From Coniocarpon cinnabarinum (Eukaryota): 64,000 nucleotides of DNA. Positions 62,656 through 64,000 of the stretch are shown here, one piece after another. Where the stretch lies: NCBI GenBank assembly GCA_051942205.1, contig JAVECO010000077.1, forward strand, positions 1-64,000, written 5' to 3'. Position 1 is the first letter of the stretch. The number at the start of each line of letters is the position of its first letter. The notes below the pieces were generated by a model, which made no database searches, had not been told where the DNA came from, and worked only from the letters and a program-made list of their open reading frames with translations. The position numbers and the translations under genes are program-made.

Positions 62656-64000
62656 GGTCGATGGGAGTGAATGTGGATTAAGGACTTAGAAAGGACTTGG
62701 AAAGATTGCAAAAAGAATTTGGGTGTTGTAGCCTTTTTGATGTAGAGGATGTTGATGGAGTTGTCTGGTTTACGATTGAGACTGGGGGAAAAGATCTCTC
62801 CTTCTTATATGTAGGCATAGTGATCACGTTTTGAAAGTGCTCGGACTGTCATCGATGCCAGCTTGCCACTATGCGATGGATTGCCACGCTGTCTGCCACG
62901 CTGTCTTCCTGGAGAGCTTGATGTTGGAATGTCCATAAGCGTGCGTCCAAAAGATGCTGTACCGCCTTTAAGAGAGGACAACTTTACTTTTGCACCAAGT
63001 TGTGAGATGTGAAGCGTTACAGGATCGATGCATTTGTCATAAGGTGCCTGCAAACAGGAAGCGTCAAGCAAGAAATGCTCTCATAAGAGACACGGTGGCA
63101 GGGTCTTAAGGATTCCACATCCTATCATTAGTCTCCAGCCACTCGATGCTGTGAGCTTGGTGCAGGATCAGCCGATGACCGTTTGTGTGAAATTGATTTG
63201 GGGCAACGCTCAGCATCAAGGAGGGTTGACAAGCCAAATGCGTCTACCTGCAATTCTCTCATGTATCATAGCTGGTTGCATAATTGCTAGCCCCATTTGA
63301 TGGTCGAAACATCGCATCCCGATGTCTGTGAGTGCCTGTATGATGAAGCTACTGCTTCGAATCTGGTTTCAAAAAGCGTGACGCAACCTTAAATTCCCTT
63401 TGATCCTCGTCATCAGCACTTGGAATGCTTCTCAAAGGGCAAGATTCCTCTAGTTCTGCAAACGTCGGGTCACGCATGGCGCGAAAATTGCCCTGCTGTT
63501 TAGGTAGATTGGTAGACTCCCGCCAACGGCCGGATCGCACCAGGTGCACGGCACGTGACGGCTGAACAGGGGCGACACTTTGCAAACGGGGGCGTCACGT
63601 GTCCACTCCCGCTGCCCGAAGCCGCCAGAACCTTCAAGTTTGGGGTGGCCTTGTAGTGGATGCTTGCGTCGAAACACTTGATACAGACACCCGGCGGGCC
63701 GTCTCGATCGCAACAGATCCAACTCGACGCGAAGGCCGGCATCACGCAGCGGACGGATAGAGATGTCGTTGAGCAGGAAGCTGCAAGGCTGGAATGACTG
63801 TCCAGGTCCTCAGAGGTGATTCTGCTGTGTATATCCCTCTTTGACGCATCTTCCTGCGGTTCGGGCACGCAAATTGTGCAGATGGACCTCATGGTACGAA
63901 CAAGCCTGCACGTCGCGGTGGCTACGCATCAACTGAATCGCAGTCTGGCACGCGGGGGATTCACATTTGGTACCACAAGCGCATCAAGCACACAATACCT

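Noticed and set aside
63349..64000. Overlapping minus-strand ORFs at the window end
   Set aside because: No recognisable motifs; may be the 3' part of something outside the window.
1..64000. Transposons, tRNA/rRNA genes, and most antisense or short ORFs in the track
   Set aside because: No transposase, reverse transcriptase, LTR/TIR or structural RNA signature seen; the antisense ORFs are shadows of the called genes.

Overview
Intron-containing DNA from a filamentous ascomycete (Pezizomycotina, plausibly a Dothideomycete; the taxon is an inference). The left end carries a complete carotenoid/retinal/rhodopsin cluster (carB, carRA, carX and a carO-type opsin) next to a small secreted Cys protein. 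The middle holds housekeeping genes (AIM11, molybdopterin synthase catalytic subunit, coatomer gamma, phosducin-like), a fucose-lectin-like gene, a DUF4188 monooxygenase, a secreted RNase T1 homologue with a His40-to-Glu change, and a head-to-head afeA-like/tmpA-like pair. The right ~20 kb is gene-poor, with pseudogenes, a GW/WG-repeat protein, an SDR and a minisatellite. The feature I do not recognise from any known family is a three-copy set of tiny hydrophilic proteins (53.1-53.4, 58.0-58.8 and 62.4-62.7 kb, all minus strand). The copies share an intron position, an upstream TGGCAT-N4-GACA element and a 3'-UTR hairpin whose CUGGU loop matches the Smaug/Vts1 recognition element; the loop is mutated in the degenerate middle copy. 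Exon boundaries were read by eye and no database searches were run.
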